Part shown: piece after piece, positions 1 to 8,917 of the stretch
How the letters are laid out: each line of letters opens with the position of its first letter
Numbering within the stretch: the stretch's first letter is position 1
Virus record (IMG/VR): IMGVR_UViG_3300017917_002108
Span: 64,001 to 128,000 of that record
DNA length: 64,000 nucleotides
DNA from: a virus
Direction: 5' to 3' (one strand)
Notes under the pieces: generated by a model
The model's database searches: none
What the model was told of the DNA's origin: nothing
Seen by the model: only the letters and a program-made list of their open reading frames with translations
Position numbers and translations under genes: made by a program

Positions 1-407
1 ATCATGTTAGTTATTTCTTTAGCATTATAATTTTCGGCGAAGACATCCATTATAGGCTTAGTCCACGGCTCCATCTTTTGATTAAGATCGCCCGGTAGGA
101 AACCGTGCTGTTCATCTACTGAAACGGCTGGTCTTGTAATTACGATTTTGCTGGCTTCTCCATACTTTAGTTGATCTATAGCCCATTGTACCGCTAGCAT
201 TGTTTTACCTGTACCTGCAGGACCTATAGCGAAAATGATCATTTTTTGCTGATCATTTAGCTTAAGTAGGTATGATTCTTGGTTGAGGTTTTTAGGATAG
301 ATTTGGACTCTAGGTCTTCTTTGATGGTTTTTGTCTACTAATTTAATTACATTAGACTCTTCTTGAAACGAGTTAGCCTTCAGTGCTGCTGCTCTTCGTC
401 TTTTCAT
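1..407 (-). CDS. phoH: PhoH-like ATPase (5' part; runs off the window edge; not in the supplied ORF track)
   Basis: Manual translation from ATG at 407: MKRRRAAALK...IFAIGPAGTGKTMLA...KIVITRPAVSVDEQHGFLPGDLNQKMEPW. It has Walker A GPAGTGKT plus the PhoH motifs RPAV and GFLPG, with SD AAGGAGG upstream. Confidence 0.93.
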   Translation of the reverse strand, partial: MKRRRAAALKANSFQEESNVIKLVDKNHQRRPRVQIYPKNLNQESYLLKLNDQQKMIIFAIGPAGTGKTMLAVQWAIDQLKYGEASKIVITRPAVSVDEQHGFLPGDLNQKMEPWTKPIMDVFAENYNAKEITNM

Positions 408-430
408 ATAAGGTTAGCCCTCCTTTTTAA

Positions 431-473
431 GTGCTAGGCACGGACCTTTAACCGTTGTGCCCGTACCGAGCAC
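431..473 (-). promoter_or_regulatory. GC-rich 5'-leader hairpin of phoH
   Basis: Minus strand GTGCT-C-GGTACGGGC[13-nt loop]GTCCGTGCC-T-AGCAC: 14 bp including two G:U pairs that form only on the phoH-sense strand. It lies between a TAAATA motif (479-484) and the SD. Confidence 0.7.
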
Positions 474-478
474 AAAAG

Positions 479-484
479 TATTTA
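479..484 (-). promoter_or_regulatory. T4-late-like promoter motif TAAATA (phoH)
   Basis: TAAATAC upstream of phoH. The same motif recurs just before many operon starts (531, 8504, 8885, 13470, 13667, 32887, 33621 on +; 46005, 48742, 55485 on -). Confidence 0.6.
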
Positions 485-530
485 ACATAGAGGGCAAAAA
501 TTTAAATGATATGTTTAAGTTTTTGACTGA

Positions 531-536
531 TAAATA
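531..536 (+). promoter_or_regulatory. T4-late-like promoter motif TAAATA
   Basis: GATAAATAC, 15 nt before ATG 552 with SD GGGAG; divergent from the phoH motif. Confidence 0.65.
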
Positions 537-551
537 CATTTGGGAGAAATC

Positions 552-1082
552 ATGGCTGACATCAAAGACATTATTAACAACATAGAACAGATCTACGGCT
601 CTAACAACAGCTTAAATATGCTCAAAGACTTCGAAAGAGTCATTGATGAGCTAGATATCTACGTTTACGACAACTGGCTCGACGGAGAATTAGTAAGCGG
701 ACCGAAAGAATCACGCTATTTTGTAGAGTGTACTTTTATGTGGCCGAAAGATCGTATGCCCGAACCTCAGGGCGGAGTAAGGTTATTAGATTATGGATGT
801 AAAGTCCAAGTAGCTGAATCAAGATTAGCCAAGGTACGTAGAATTAAAAAACCAGACGATATTCGTCCTGGGACTAAAAAAGGAAAGATTGATCACGAAG
901 ATATTTGGATGGTAAAAATAACTATTCCTAAAAAATTGATGAACGATATTAATCGTGGTTACAAAAATCTAGATAAGAATAAAGTTGAAGATATATTAAA
1001 CCTCAGTGGCGTGGTAGCTCAGGCCAATGATCAAAATGCACCAGCACAGGATACAGCAAATGCCGAACAACCAGCAGCTTAA
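552..1082 (+). CDS. hypothetical phage protein (late operon)
   Basis: ORF with SD GGGAG before ATG 552 (preferred over the TTG at 540); no recognisable motif. Confidence 0.8.
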   Translation: MADIKDIINNIEQIYGSNNSLNMLKDFERVIDELDIYVYDNWLDGELVSGPKESRYFVECTFMWPKDRMPEPQGGVRLLDYGCKVQVAESRLAKVRRIKKPDDIRPGTKKGKIDHEDIWMVKITIPKKLMNDINRGYKNLDKNKVEDILNLSGVVAQANDQNAPAQDTANAEQPAA

Positions 1083-1800
1083 CGAAGGTCTTAGATCTAG
1101 AGATCTAGAAAACATGATCAAACCTGTATTGTCTATCGATACTTTTAGATCTAAGATGGGAGAAGATCGAGACGTCTGTGTTGTCAGCGTCGTGGCCAAA
1201 GATAGAAATCCTGCCAAGGATCTCATGGAGTTCTTAGAAAAAGGTTATAACTTTGTTCTAGATTCAGATGTGAGTTCGGGCGAAAACACCGACGGCGAAT
1301 ATGTAGTCTTTATTGAACTATCAAGAACTCCTGAGTTAGCCGAGCAGATAAGAGAACTCACGTATGGTATAAAGAAGTTAACAGGCATTAATGAATTTAA
1401 ATTTAAATATCATAAAAGAGATGGTGTTCACGACCTAACAGAAGAAAGTTTGAAATCAATCATACCTTCTACTCCTAGCTTGTATGATAGTTTTCTTAGC
1501 GATGTGAAAACAGAGGAAATAAAAAAGTTTTTTAGTAAGACATTGATGGACGACCTTAGGTTAGACAAAGATATTATTACTATATACAAACCATTTGACA
1601 AGATTTTGAAATTTAAAATCGTGGGCGAATCTGATTCTGTCTTAGAGAATATCACAGGACCAGTGTCGATCGATGACAAGTCAATGAGCGAAGTTTTTTG
1701 GTTAACTAAAGTACTAGGTGATTATGGTATTAATAAAGTTGATCAAAATTTTGTTTTTCAAAACGGAAAACAAACTATGTTATTACAAAGGATCGAATAA
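1060..1800 (+). CDS. hypothetical phage protein
   Basis: Long ORF; probable start MPNNQQLNEGL at 1060; translationally coupled to the endolysin (TAATG). Confidence 0.75.
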   Translation: MPNNQQLNEGLRSRDLENMIKPVLSIDTFRSKMGEDRDVCVVSVVAKDRNPAKDLMEFLEKGYNFVLDSDVSSGENTDGEYVVFIELSRTPELAEQIRELTYGIKKLTGINEFKFKYHKRDGVHDLTEESLKSIIPSTPSLYDSFLSDVKTEEIKKFFSKTLMDDLRLDKDIITIYKPFDKILKFKIVGESDSVLENITGPVSIDDKSMSEVFWLTKVLGDYGINKVDQNFVFQNGKQTMLLQRIE

Positions 1801-2429
1801 TGAGTTTTACATTTAATTTCAATAAAAATCAATTAAAAGAAATGATACCAAAGAATCCATATGTGGATCATTGGTTCGAAGCTCTGTCAGAAATATTACC
1901 AGAATATGAAATAAACACTCCACAGCGTGTGGCAGCATTCCTAGCACAGTGCGCTCACGAAAGTGGGGGATTCATTTTCTTAAAAGAGAATTTAAATTAC
2001 AAGGCTGCTAGCCTACGCAAAGTATTTCCTAAATACTTCCCCGATGACGCTACGGCAGCTCATTATGCAAATAGACCAGAAATGATCGCAAATAGAGTCT
2101 ATGCTAACCGTATGGGCAATGGGGATGAACACAGCGGCGATGGTTGGAAATACTGCGGTAGGGGATTGATCCAGTTAACCGGTAAGGACAACTATACATT
2201 TTTCGCTGCTAGTTTAGATATTCCGGTAGAAGAAGCCAGTGAATATCTTCAAACATTTGAAGGTGCGGTTCAATCCGCTTGCTTCTTTTGGGAACAAAAT
2301 GGTCTAAATCAATGGGCAGATAAAGGAGATATCCTTACATTGACTAAACGTATTAATGGTGGGACCATTGGATTAGAAGATCGAATCAAGCACTATAATC
2401 ACGCCTTGCATATATTCGGAGCACATTAA
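1800..2429 (+). CDS. glycoside hydrolase family 19 endolysin
   Basis: GH19 motifs AAFLAQCAHESGGF, ENLNY, YCGRGLIQLTG, TKRINGG; sits in a lysis cassette. Confidence 0.92.
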   Translation: MSFTFNFNKNQLKEMIPKNPYVDHWFEALSEILPEYEINTPQRVAAFLAQCAHESGGFIFLKENLNYKAASLRKVFPKYFPDDATAAHYANRPEMIANRVYANRMGNGDEHSGDGWKYCGRGLIQLTGKDNYTFFAASLDIPVEEASEYLQTFEGAVQSACFFWEQNGLNQWADKGDILTLTKRINGGTIGLEDRIKHYNHALHIFGAH

Positions 2430-2431
2430 TT

Positions 2432-2899
2432 ATGTGGCAATTTCAATGGATGCTTAGTTTAATTCCAGATAGTTTGTTTATCTGGATCACTTACATACTT
2501 ATGGCCATTGGGGTGACTTTGTATGTGGTCAGTAAACTAGTTACCTGGCTTCCTTTGATACAGCAATATAAACTACCTGCCGAACTAGCCGGAATCGTAG
2601 GTATGATTATAGGAGCATTCTTATTTGGCGGGTATGGCGTTGAGATGTCGTGGCGAGACAAAGTTCGACAACTAGAAGAAAAACTTAGAGCAGCCGAATC
2701 TCAAAGCCAAGAAGTAAAGATAAAAATACAGGAAAAAATCATTTATAAAACTAAGATTGTAAAAGAAAAAGAAACTGTATATGTAGATCGTGTCAAGGAG
2801 ATAGCCAAAGAAGTTGATGCCAAATGTGAGGTTGATCCAAGAATTATAGATATAATGAACAAAGCAGCCGAAGATCCTACAAAGGAGCAGACAAAATGA
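2432..2899 (+). CDS. putative i-spanin (Rz-like membrane protein with coiled coil)
   Basis: N-terminal hydrophobic segments then a coiled-coil region; follows the endolysin and overlaps a lipoprotein gene. Confidence 0.65.
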   Translation: MWQFQWMLSLIPDSLFIWITYILMAIGVTLYVVSKLVTWLPLIQQYKLPAELAGIVGMIIGAFLFGGYGVEMSWRDKVRQLEEKLRAAESQSQEVKIKIQEKIIYKTKIVKEKETVYVDRVKEIAKEVDAKCEVDPRIIDIMNKAAEDPTKEQTK

Positions 2900-3159
2900 A
2901 ATATATTGTTCTAGCATTAGCAATATTCATAACCGGCTGTAGTACTGCACCTGTAGTAATGAAATTTCCTGAAGTACCACAAGCATTGATGGAAAAATGC
3001 GAAGATTTAGAAAAAGTTGCACCGGGCACAAAGCAGTTGAGTACCACTACCGAAGTAGTAATTCGCAATTATAGTAAGTATCATCAATGTCGAATCAAAG
3101 TTGAAGAATGGCAAGAATGGTACAACTCAAACAAAAAAATTTACGAAAACGTTAAATAG
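2896..3159 (+). CDS. putative o-spanin (Rz1-like lipoprotein)
   Basis: Signal peptide with lipobox FITG|C, Pro-rich start and two further Cys. Confidence 0.72.
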   Translation: MKYIVLALAIFITGCSTAPVVMKFPEVPQALMEKCEDLEKVAPGTKQLSTTTEVVIRNYSKYHQCRIKVEEWQEWYNSNKKIYENVK

Positions 3160-3182
3160 CGTATTAATTAAGAGGAGCGCAA

Positions 3183-3746
3183 ATGGCATTACACGATTCG
3201 ATCTTAAAGATCTTAAATAAAGAACCTAAAGATTCCGATGCACCTAAACCGGCACCGGGCAGTCGTTCAGAACGTGAAGCAAAAATCAAAGACAAAGCAG
3301 GTATGGTGATTTCTGTGTTCGCTTTGTTTCTAGCGGTCAATAGTTGGTATGGCGGTAAACTATCTGGTACAGTATTAACAAATACCCTAGGTGCCAACAA
3401 CGCATGGGCACAGTATCAGGCTAAAAATAATCGACTAGTTAGTTATGAGATCGCCAGCAAGACAACTAGTGATCCCGCTCTAAAGAAAGAATTTAAAGCA
3501 GAAGCAGAACGCATGGATGCTGACAAAAAAGAGATTGCTGTCAATGCTCGTAAGATGGAGGCTGATCGTGAACTGGCTAAAAAGTCTAGTCCGTGGATAG
3601 GATATGCGAGTACAGCCTATCAACTAGCCATTGTTGTTCTTTCAGCTAGCATTCTCGCTGTAAGTATGCCAATGTTCTGGGCAAGTTTTGCAGTAGCAGG
3701 TATTGGACTAGTACTAAGCCTTAACGGTTTATTCCTCTGGTTCTAA
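3183..3746 (+). CDS. membrane protein (DUF4337-like)
   Basis: One N-terminal and two C-terminal TM segments, motif NAWAQYQAK, coiled-coil loop; SD GAGGAG. Confidence 0.6.
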   Translation: MALHDSILKILNKEPKDSDAPKPAPGSRSEREAKIKDKAGMVISVFALFLAVNSWYGGKLSGTVLTNTLGANNAWAQYQAKNNRLVSYEIASKTTSDPALKKEFKAEAERMDADKKEIAVNARKMEADRELAKKSSPWIGYASTAYQLAIVVLSASILAVSMPMFWASFAVAGIGLVLSLNGLFLWF

Positions 3747-3765
3747 CAGATAATAGGAGCGAAAA

Positions 3766-4299
3766 ATGACAGATTATAAAGATATGAGCGATGCTGAAAA
3801 GAAAAAAGAGGATTGGATGAATAGTAAATGGCGTCCAATGATGGGGTGGATGTACATGCTGGTCTGTACTATGGACATGATTGTATTTCCTATACTATGG
3901 AGTTTATTACAGACCATAACACATACTCCCATCACACAATGGAATCCTTTAACTCTACAAGGTGCCGGTTTATTTCATATTGCCATGGGTGCAGTACTAG
4001 GATTAGCCGCATGGGGTCGTACACAAGAAAAACTAGGAGGAGCGAATAATGGCGGATTACAGACAGCACCTAGCACTCCAGCATTTGGCTCTGCTCCGGC
4101 AGCACCAAGCAGTTTCTCGACACCAGCTGCGCCAAGTGGATTCGGAGCATCAACCGCACCAAGTAGCTTTGGCGGAAGCGGCTTTGGAAGCACACCTAGT
4201 CCGTCGCAGAGTTTCGGAGCAACGGTTGCTCCTGCAAGTCCCGTAATGAGCAGTACTGGCAAACCAATGCCTGTACAACCAACACAACCAGAACTATAA
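3766..4299 (+). CDS. putative holin (GTA-type 3TM holin-like) with low-complexity C-terminal tail
   Basis: KWRPMMGWMY motif, TM helices and LGLAAWGRTQEK ending typical of this holin group; lysis cassette context. Confidence 0.7.
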   Translation: MTDYKDMSDAEKKKEDWMNSKWRPMMGWMYMLVCTMDMIVFPILWSLLQTITHTPITQWNPLTLQGAGLFHIAMGAVLGLAAWGRTQEKLGGANNGGLQTAPSTPAFGSAPAAPSSFSTPAAPSGFGASTAPSSFGGSGFGSTPSPSQSFGATVAPASPVMSSTGKPMPVQPTQPEL

Positions 4300-4310
4300 A
4301 GGAAACTAAA

Positions 4311-4526
4311 ATGAAAACATCATTGGCAATTTTTCTGTTAACCAGCGTGTTAGCACTACCTGTATCTGCTGCTGACCAACCACCTGCTACCAAGCAGGTA
4401 TGTGTAGACGTCATGAAAGACGGTAAGCCAGTAGTAGATCCAAAAACTAAAAAAACCAAACAAAATTGTAAGACAGTAAAGGTACATAAAAAACACGAAG
4501 GCACTGAAGTTCCACAAAAAAAATAA
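4311..4526 (+). CDS. small secreted protein with signal peptide and two Cys
   Basis: MKTSLAIFLLTSVLALPVSA|A signal peptide; basic mature part; last gene before a terminator. Confidence 0.7.
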   Translation: MKTSLAIFLLTSVLALPVSAADQPPATKQVCVDVMKDGKPVVDPKTKKTKQNCKTVKVHKKHEGTEVPQKK

Positions 4527-4551
4527 ACAGTAGTTGGTAGACATTAAATAC

Positions 4552-4574
4552 AAGGCCGCTAGACGCGGCCTTTG
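4552..4574 (+). terminator. intrinsic terminator-like hairpin
   Basis: AAGGCCGC-TAGAC-GCGGCCTT followed by TGTCTT, at the end of the lysis operon. Confidence 0.7.
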
Positions 4575-4588
4575 TCTTCATGTATAAT
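4560..4588 (+). promoter_or_regulatory. sigma70-type promoter for dnaJ
   Basis: TAGACG-17 nt-TATAAT; ATG only 7 nt downstream and no SD. Confidence 0.65.
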
Positions 4589-4595
4589 ATAAATT

Positions 4596-5438
4596 ATGGA
4601 TTATTATAATATTTTAGGTGTAGCTAAAAACGCTAGTCAGGACGAAATTAAATCAGCCTATCGGAAGATGGCCATGAAGTTTCATCCCGATAGAGGTGGG
4701 GACGAAAAGAAATTCAAAGAAATAGAAGAAGCTTACCGAACACTTAGCGATCCTCAGAAAAAACAGATATTTGATTTAGGCGGTGATCCGAATAATCAAA
4801 ACGGCGGATTTTACAATCAAGGACCGTTCGAGTTCCATTTTGGAACTAACAACATGAATGATGTATTTGGAAACTTTGGTTTTGGAGGACCGTTTGGATT
4901 TGGTGCTAGGCAAAGAAATAAATCGATAAACATCGTAGTAGAACTGACCTTGGAAGAAGTTCTTGTCGGCAAGGATATAGATGCCGAGATATCTATCCCT
5001 GGCGGGAAAAAGAAAATCATTAACATCAGTGTTCCGCCCGGAATAGAGGAAGGACAACAGATTAGATATCAAGGTATGGGAGATAATAGTATCCCTCATA
5101 TTCAACCCGGAGACCTGTTAGTCAATATCCGTATACTACCGCATGCAGAATTTAGGCGAGAAGGATCTAATATTATTTTAGATAAAACAGTGTCTGTATG
5201 GGACGCTATACTCGGCTGTTCTTTGACTATCAAAACTTTAGATCATAAGACTTTACAAATTTCTGTGCCTGCTGGTACACAACCAGAGACTGTACTCAGC
5301 TGTAAAAATGAAGGATTACCATTAATGAGAAATCAAAGACGAGGTAATCTTCTAATTAAAATTAAAGTGGAAATTCCTAAAAATATCGGTCATCAGATGA
5401 AAGCCGCTGTAGAAAAACTAAAGAATAATGATGTATGA
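4596..5438 (+). CDS. dnaJ: DnaJ/CbpA-type co-chaperone (no zinc finger)
   Basis: J domain DYYNILGV...HPD, G/F-rich linker, C-terminal substrate-binding domain (GDLLV, GNLLIKI). Confidence 0.93.
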   Translation: MDYYNILGVAKNASQDEIKSAYRKMAMKFHPDRGGDEKKFKEIEEAYRTLSDPQKKQIFDLGGDPNNQNGGFYNQGPFEFHFGTNNMNDVFGNFGFGGPFGFGARQRNKSINIVVELTLEEVLVGKDIDAEISIPGGKKKIINISVPPGIEEGQQIRYQGMGDNSIPHIQPGDLLVNIRILPHAEFRREGSNIILDKTVSVWDAILGCSLTIKTLDHKTLQISVPAGTQPETVLSCKNEGLPLMRNQRRGNLLIKIKVEIPKNIGHQMKAAVEKLKNNDV

Positions 5439-5461
5439 TCACTTAGATGGTATATGTTTAG

Positions 5462-5491
5462 TTGACAAAGTGAGTCAGCTGGAATTAAACT
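5462..5491 (+). promoter_or_regulatory. sigma70-type promoter for clpA
   Basis: TTGACA-18 nt-TAAACT in the intergenic region. Confidence 0.6.
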
Positions 5492-5522
5492 TAGATATAA
5501 AGAAACTTAGGAAAAAGAAATA

Positions 5523-7862
5523 ATGATAGAACCAAGCTCAAATCTGCAACAAATATTTGATAATGCAGTTGAACATGCGAAAAAATTAAATCACGAATAT
5601 ATCACAATTGAGCATTTAGTATATGCTATAGTCTGTGACGGTCCCTCATTTCAAATCATAGAAAATTATGGAGCAGATGCAAATTTTATCAAGACTAATT
5701 TAGAACATTATATCAGAAATAATTTGAACGACATCAAAGCTTCTGATCCTAATCAGAAGCCAAAAAAGACCAGTTCAGTTGAAAGAGTTCTAAATCGTTG
5801 TTTTACGCAGGTATTGTTCAGTGGTAGGCAACGTATGGAAGTTGCTGATATCATTATCAGTATTCTAAGTGAAAAAAATAGCTTTGGTTTTTACTTCTTA
5901 AGTAAAGGTGGTCTGACCAAAGAAAAATTTATCCAGTATTTCCAAGAAAATCTAGAGATAGAAGAAGAAGAACCGTCTACTCAAATTGCGACTAATTCAC
6001 AGATGGAAAGAATCATTAATCAATTTTGTACCAATCTCAGCCTACTAGCCAAACAACGTAAGATTGATCCAGTCATTGGCAGAGATGAAGAATTAGAAAA
6101 AATTCAATTGATTCTGGCACGTAGAAATAAATGTAATGTTCTAATGGTAGGAGATCCTGGCGTGGGCAAAACTGCCATTGCAGAAGGCCTGGCTCGTAAG
6201 ATCTTTGAAAAGAAAGTTCCTAAGTTCATCCAAGATCATCAAGTCTATACATTAGATATCAGCTCTTTACTGGCAGGTTCTAAGTATCGAGGTGACTTCG
6301 AAGAGAGGATCAAAGCAGTACTAGCATCGTTAGAGAAAAAAGGCAAGATCATATTGTTCATCGATGAAGCACATATGATGCAAGGAGCAGGTGCAGCTAA
6401 TCAAAGCTCAAACGATCTAGCTAACATTCTTAAGCCTATACTGACCAAAGGTATCATAAAACTTATCGCATCAACCACATGGGAAGAATATCGCAAACAT
6501 TTCGAAAGCGATAGAGCATTAATGCGTAGATTCCAACGTGTAACGGTCGATGAACCTAGCCAAGAGATGACTGTTAAAATTATCAAAGGTATTAGAAAAT
6601 ATTATGAAAAACATCATAATGTTAAAATTACCGATGCAGGAATTGATCAAGCAGTAAAGTTATCAATCAAATATATGGCTGATAAAAAATTGCCGGATAA
6701 AGCCATTGATATCATAGACTGTGCCGCGGCTAGATATAAACTCAAAGATGATCCCACCGAAGAAGGCATCGAACAGTTAGTTGACGTTGAACAGGTCACA
6801 TATGAACTCAGCAAAATGATCAACATGCCATTGGAAACTGTGGCTCAGAAAGAAAGTAAAAATCTAACCGGTCTTGAAAAAGGTATGAAGGCTGCTGTAT
6901 ACGGACAAAATGAAGCTGTTGATACCTTGCTTGATAAGATTTTTGTCGCCCAAGCAGGCATGAAGCAACCAAATAAACCCATTGGGTCTTTCCTATTCCT
7001 TGGACCCACAGGCACAGGCAAGACCGAAACTGCTAAGACATTGGCAGATAAGATGGGCATGCAATTGGTAAGATTTGACATGGGAGAATATCAAGAGAAG
7101 CATAGCGTGGCAAGGCTAATCGGTGCGCCTCCCGGATATGTGGGCTATGAAGATAACGCAGGTCAGCTGATTACCAAACTTCAAGAACATCCTAACAGTA
7201 TTATTTTACTAGATGAGATTGAAAAAGCTCATCCAGATGTTAGTAATATTTTATTAGCATTTATGGATAATGGATTTATCACAGGCAGCAATGGAAAACA
7301 GGCAGATGGCAGGAACTGTATCCTCATTATGACATCTAATCTAGGAGCCAGAGACAACGAAAATAATGCCATTGGATTTGGTGATCTAGATAAAGACGGT
7401 GAAGATGACAAAGCGGTCAAGAAATATTTTGCTCCTGAATTCCGCAATCGTTTAGATGCAGTAATTAAATTTGATAAGCTAGGACTAGATGTAGTTATAC
7501 AAATTGTCAATAAATTTATATCAGAATTAAATTCTCAGCTGAAAGATAAAAATATTGAAATCGTATTGACCCATAAGGCTCAAAATTGGTTAGCAGAAAA
7601 AGGCTACGATAAAAAAATGGGTGCAAGACCGTTATCTCGATTGATAGATAATAAGATCAAATCTCCGTTGAGCCGCAGAGTATTGTTTGGAGATCTATCT
7701 AACGGTGGTAAGGTAACTGTTGATATTGAAAATGACGAACCGATATTTGCCGTCGAAGACTATATCAAAACATTGACCAGAGCTGCCAAAAGAAAACTAG
7801 GCATAGTTGATGAAATCCTAGAAGCTAAGACCGATGATATCAAAGAAGAAAATAACCAATAG
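5523..7862 (+). CDS. clpA: ATP-dependent Clp protease ATP-binding subunit, ClpA type
   Basis: Clp N-domain (HEYITIEHL); two AAA+ modules (GDPGVGKT/FIDEAH; GPTGTGKT/LLDEIEKAH); GYVG pore loop; IGF ClpP-docking loop at 7371-7379; no long ClpB middle domain. Confidence 0.92.
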   Translation: MIEPSSNLQQIFDNAVEHAKKLNHEYITIEHLVYAIVCDGPSFQIIENYGADANFIKTNLEHYIRNNLNDIKASDPNQKPKKTSSVERVLNRCFTQVLFSGRQRMEVADIIISILSEKNSFGFYFLSKGGLTKEKFIQYFQENLEIEEEEPSTQIATNSQMERIINQFCTNLSLLAKQRKIDPVIGRDEELEKIQLILARRNKCNVLMVGDPGVGKTAIAEGLARKIFEKKVPKFIQDHQVYTLDISSLLAGSKYRGDFEERIKAVLASLEKKGKIILFIDEAHMMQGAGAANQSSNDLANILKPILTKGIIKLIASTTWEEYRKHFESDRALMRRFQRVTVDEPSQEMTVKIIKGIRKYYEKHHNVKITDAGIDQAVKLSIKYMADKKLPDKAIDIIDCAAARYKLKDDPTEEGIEQLVDVEQVTYELSKMINMPLETVAQKESKNLTGLEKGMKAAVYGQNEAVDTLLDKIFVAQAGMKQPNKPIGSFLFLGPTGTGKTETAKTLADKMGMQLVRFDMGEYQEKHSVARLIGAPPGYVGYEDNAGQLITKLQEHPNSIILLDEIEKAHPDVSNILLAFMDNGFITGSNGKQADGRNCILIMTSNLGARDNENNAIGFGDLDKDGEDDKAVKKYFAPEFRNRLDAVIKFDKLGLDVVIQIVNKFISELNSQLKDKNIEIVLTHKAQNWLAEKGYDKKMGARPLSRLIDNKIKSPLSRRVLFGDLSNGGKVTVDIENDEPIFAVEDYIKTLTRAAKRKLGIVDEILEAKTDDIKEENNQ

Positions 7863-8514
7863 AAAGTTTTACGGTAAATGGTTATATAAAATTACCTTAA
7901 AAATCAATGGTGTGTCTATTATAAGGACGAATTCCTTAGAGGACACCATTGATTTTATGATGAATCCAGAGACACATATATTAAAAAACTATTCTTACAA
8001 CAGACGTTCCTTAGGAAGATCAGAAGAAATCATCAATCTCTGTAGATTCCTACTGCCTTTAGGGCTAGAAGATTACACCAAAAGATTAGAATCCAATCTC
8101 ATAGACATTTACACCAACGACGAAACCATTTATAAAAATGCCTGCTCGTTGTTTTATGATCAAATAGTACATCACTTCGAACCCGAACAAAGTTCAGTTA
8201 ATCTATTATCCAAATCCAATTTCATTGTAGTTAAGAAACTACCGCACGACAAGTTTAGATATAAGGTTTTTCTAACTCCTCATAGGCTCAAACACGATAA
8301 AGAAAAAAAACAACAATTTTTATCTTGGCTAGACACACAAAATGACCGGATAAGAATATCAGGAACAGTAAAAGATTGGTTTATTAGAACTGACTGGAAC
8401 TGGGATCGCAGATATGTGCTCGTCACAGACGAAGCGACTCTGCTGATGATGAAGATGGCTAATCCTGATGCAGTGGGCAAAGTATATGAGCACGTGGTGT
8501 TGATAAATACTTGA
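7834..8514 (+). CDS. hypothetical protein
   Basis: 226-aa ORF overlapping the clpA end. Confidence 0.7.
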   Translation: MISKKKITNRKFYGKWLYKITLKINGVSIIRTNSLEDTIDFMMNPETHILKNYSYNRRSLGRSEEIINLCRFLLPLGLEDYTKRLESNLIDIYTNDETIYKNACSLFYDQIVHHFEPEQSSVNLLSKSNFIVVKKLPHDKFRYKVFLTPHRLKHDKEKKQQFLSWLDTQNDRIRISGTVKDWFIRTDWNWDRRYVLVTDEATLLMMKMANPDAVGKVYEHVVLINT

Positions 8515-8870
8515 TGTCCAACGAAATTCGAACACTACTAGCAAATATCGGTCTAGAATCAGCAGATTCTACATTTGTTTACGGCAATAAAAGTCCAGGA
8601 GCAGGATATCACAAAAGCAATAATTCAATACATACGGTAATTTATCAGGTTTCGGATTTCGTAGGTACTATAAAAATACAGGCTACACTAGCTCTGGATC
8701 CGGCAGATTCGGATTGGTTTGATGTAGATGATACCACGATTGGAATAGGATCAGACAGTTCAGCGTGGACCACTAGTAATACCTTCAATTTTTCAGGTAA
8801 TTTTGTATGGATTCGCGCTGCATATAACATACAAAACGGTTCTATTACCTCGATTACTTATCTAGTCTAA
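8514..8870 (+). CDS. hypothetical, probably virion-associated beta-rich protein
   Basis: ORF directly after GATAAATAC (8502-8510); beta-strand-rich composition. Confidence 0.6.
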   Translation: MSNEIRTLLANIGLESADSTFVYGNKSPGAGYHKSNNSIHTVIYQVSDFVGTIKIQATLALDPADSDWFDVDDTTIGIGSDSSAWTTSNTFNFSGNFVWIRAAYNIQNGSITSITYLV

Positions 8871-8884
8871 GATTTCAAAAGCGA

Positions 8885-8917
8885 TAAATATAGTATCATC
8901 TTACGGAAGATACTATG
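8885..8917 (+). promoter_or_regulatory. late motif TAAATA overlapping a hairpin that occludes the ribosome-binding site and start codon
   Basis: TAAATA at 8885-8890; ATAGTATC (8890-8897) pairs with GATACTAT (8909-8916), enclosing GGAAG and the AT of the start codon. Confidence 0.6.
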
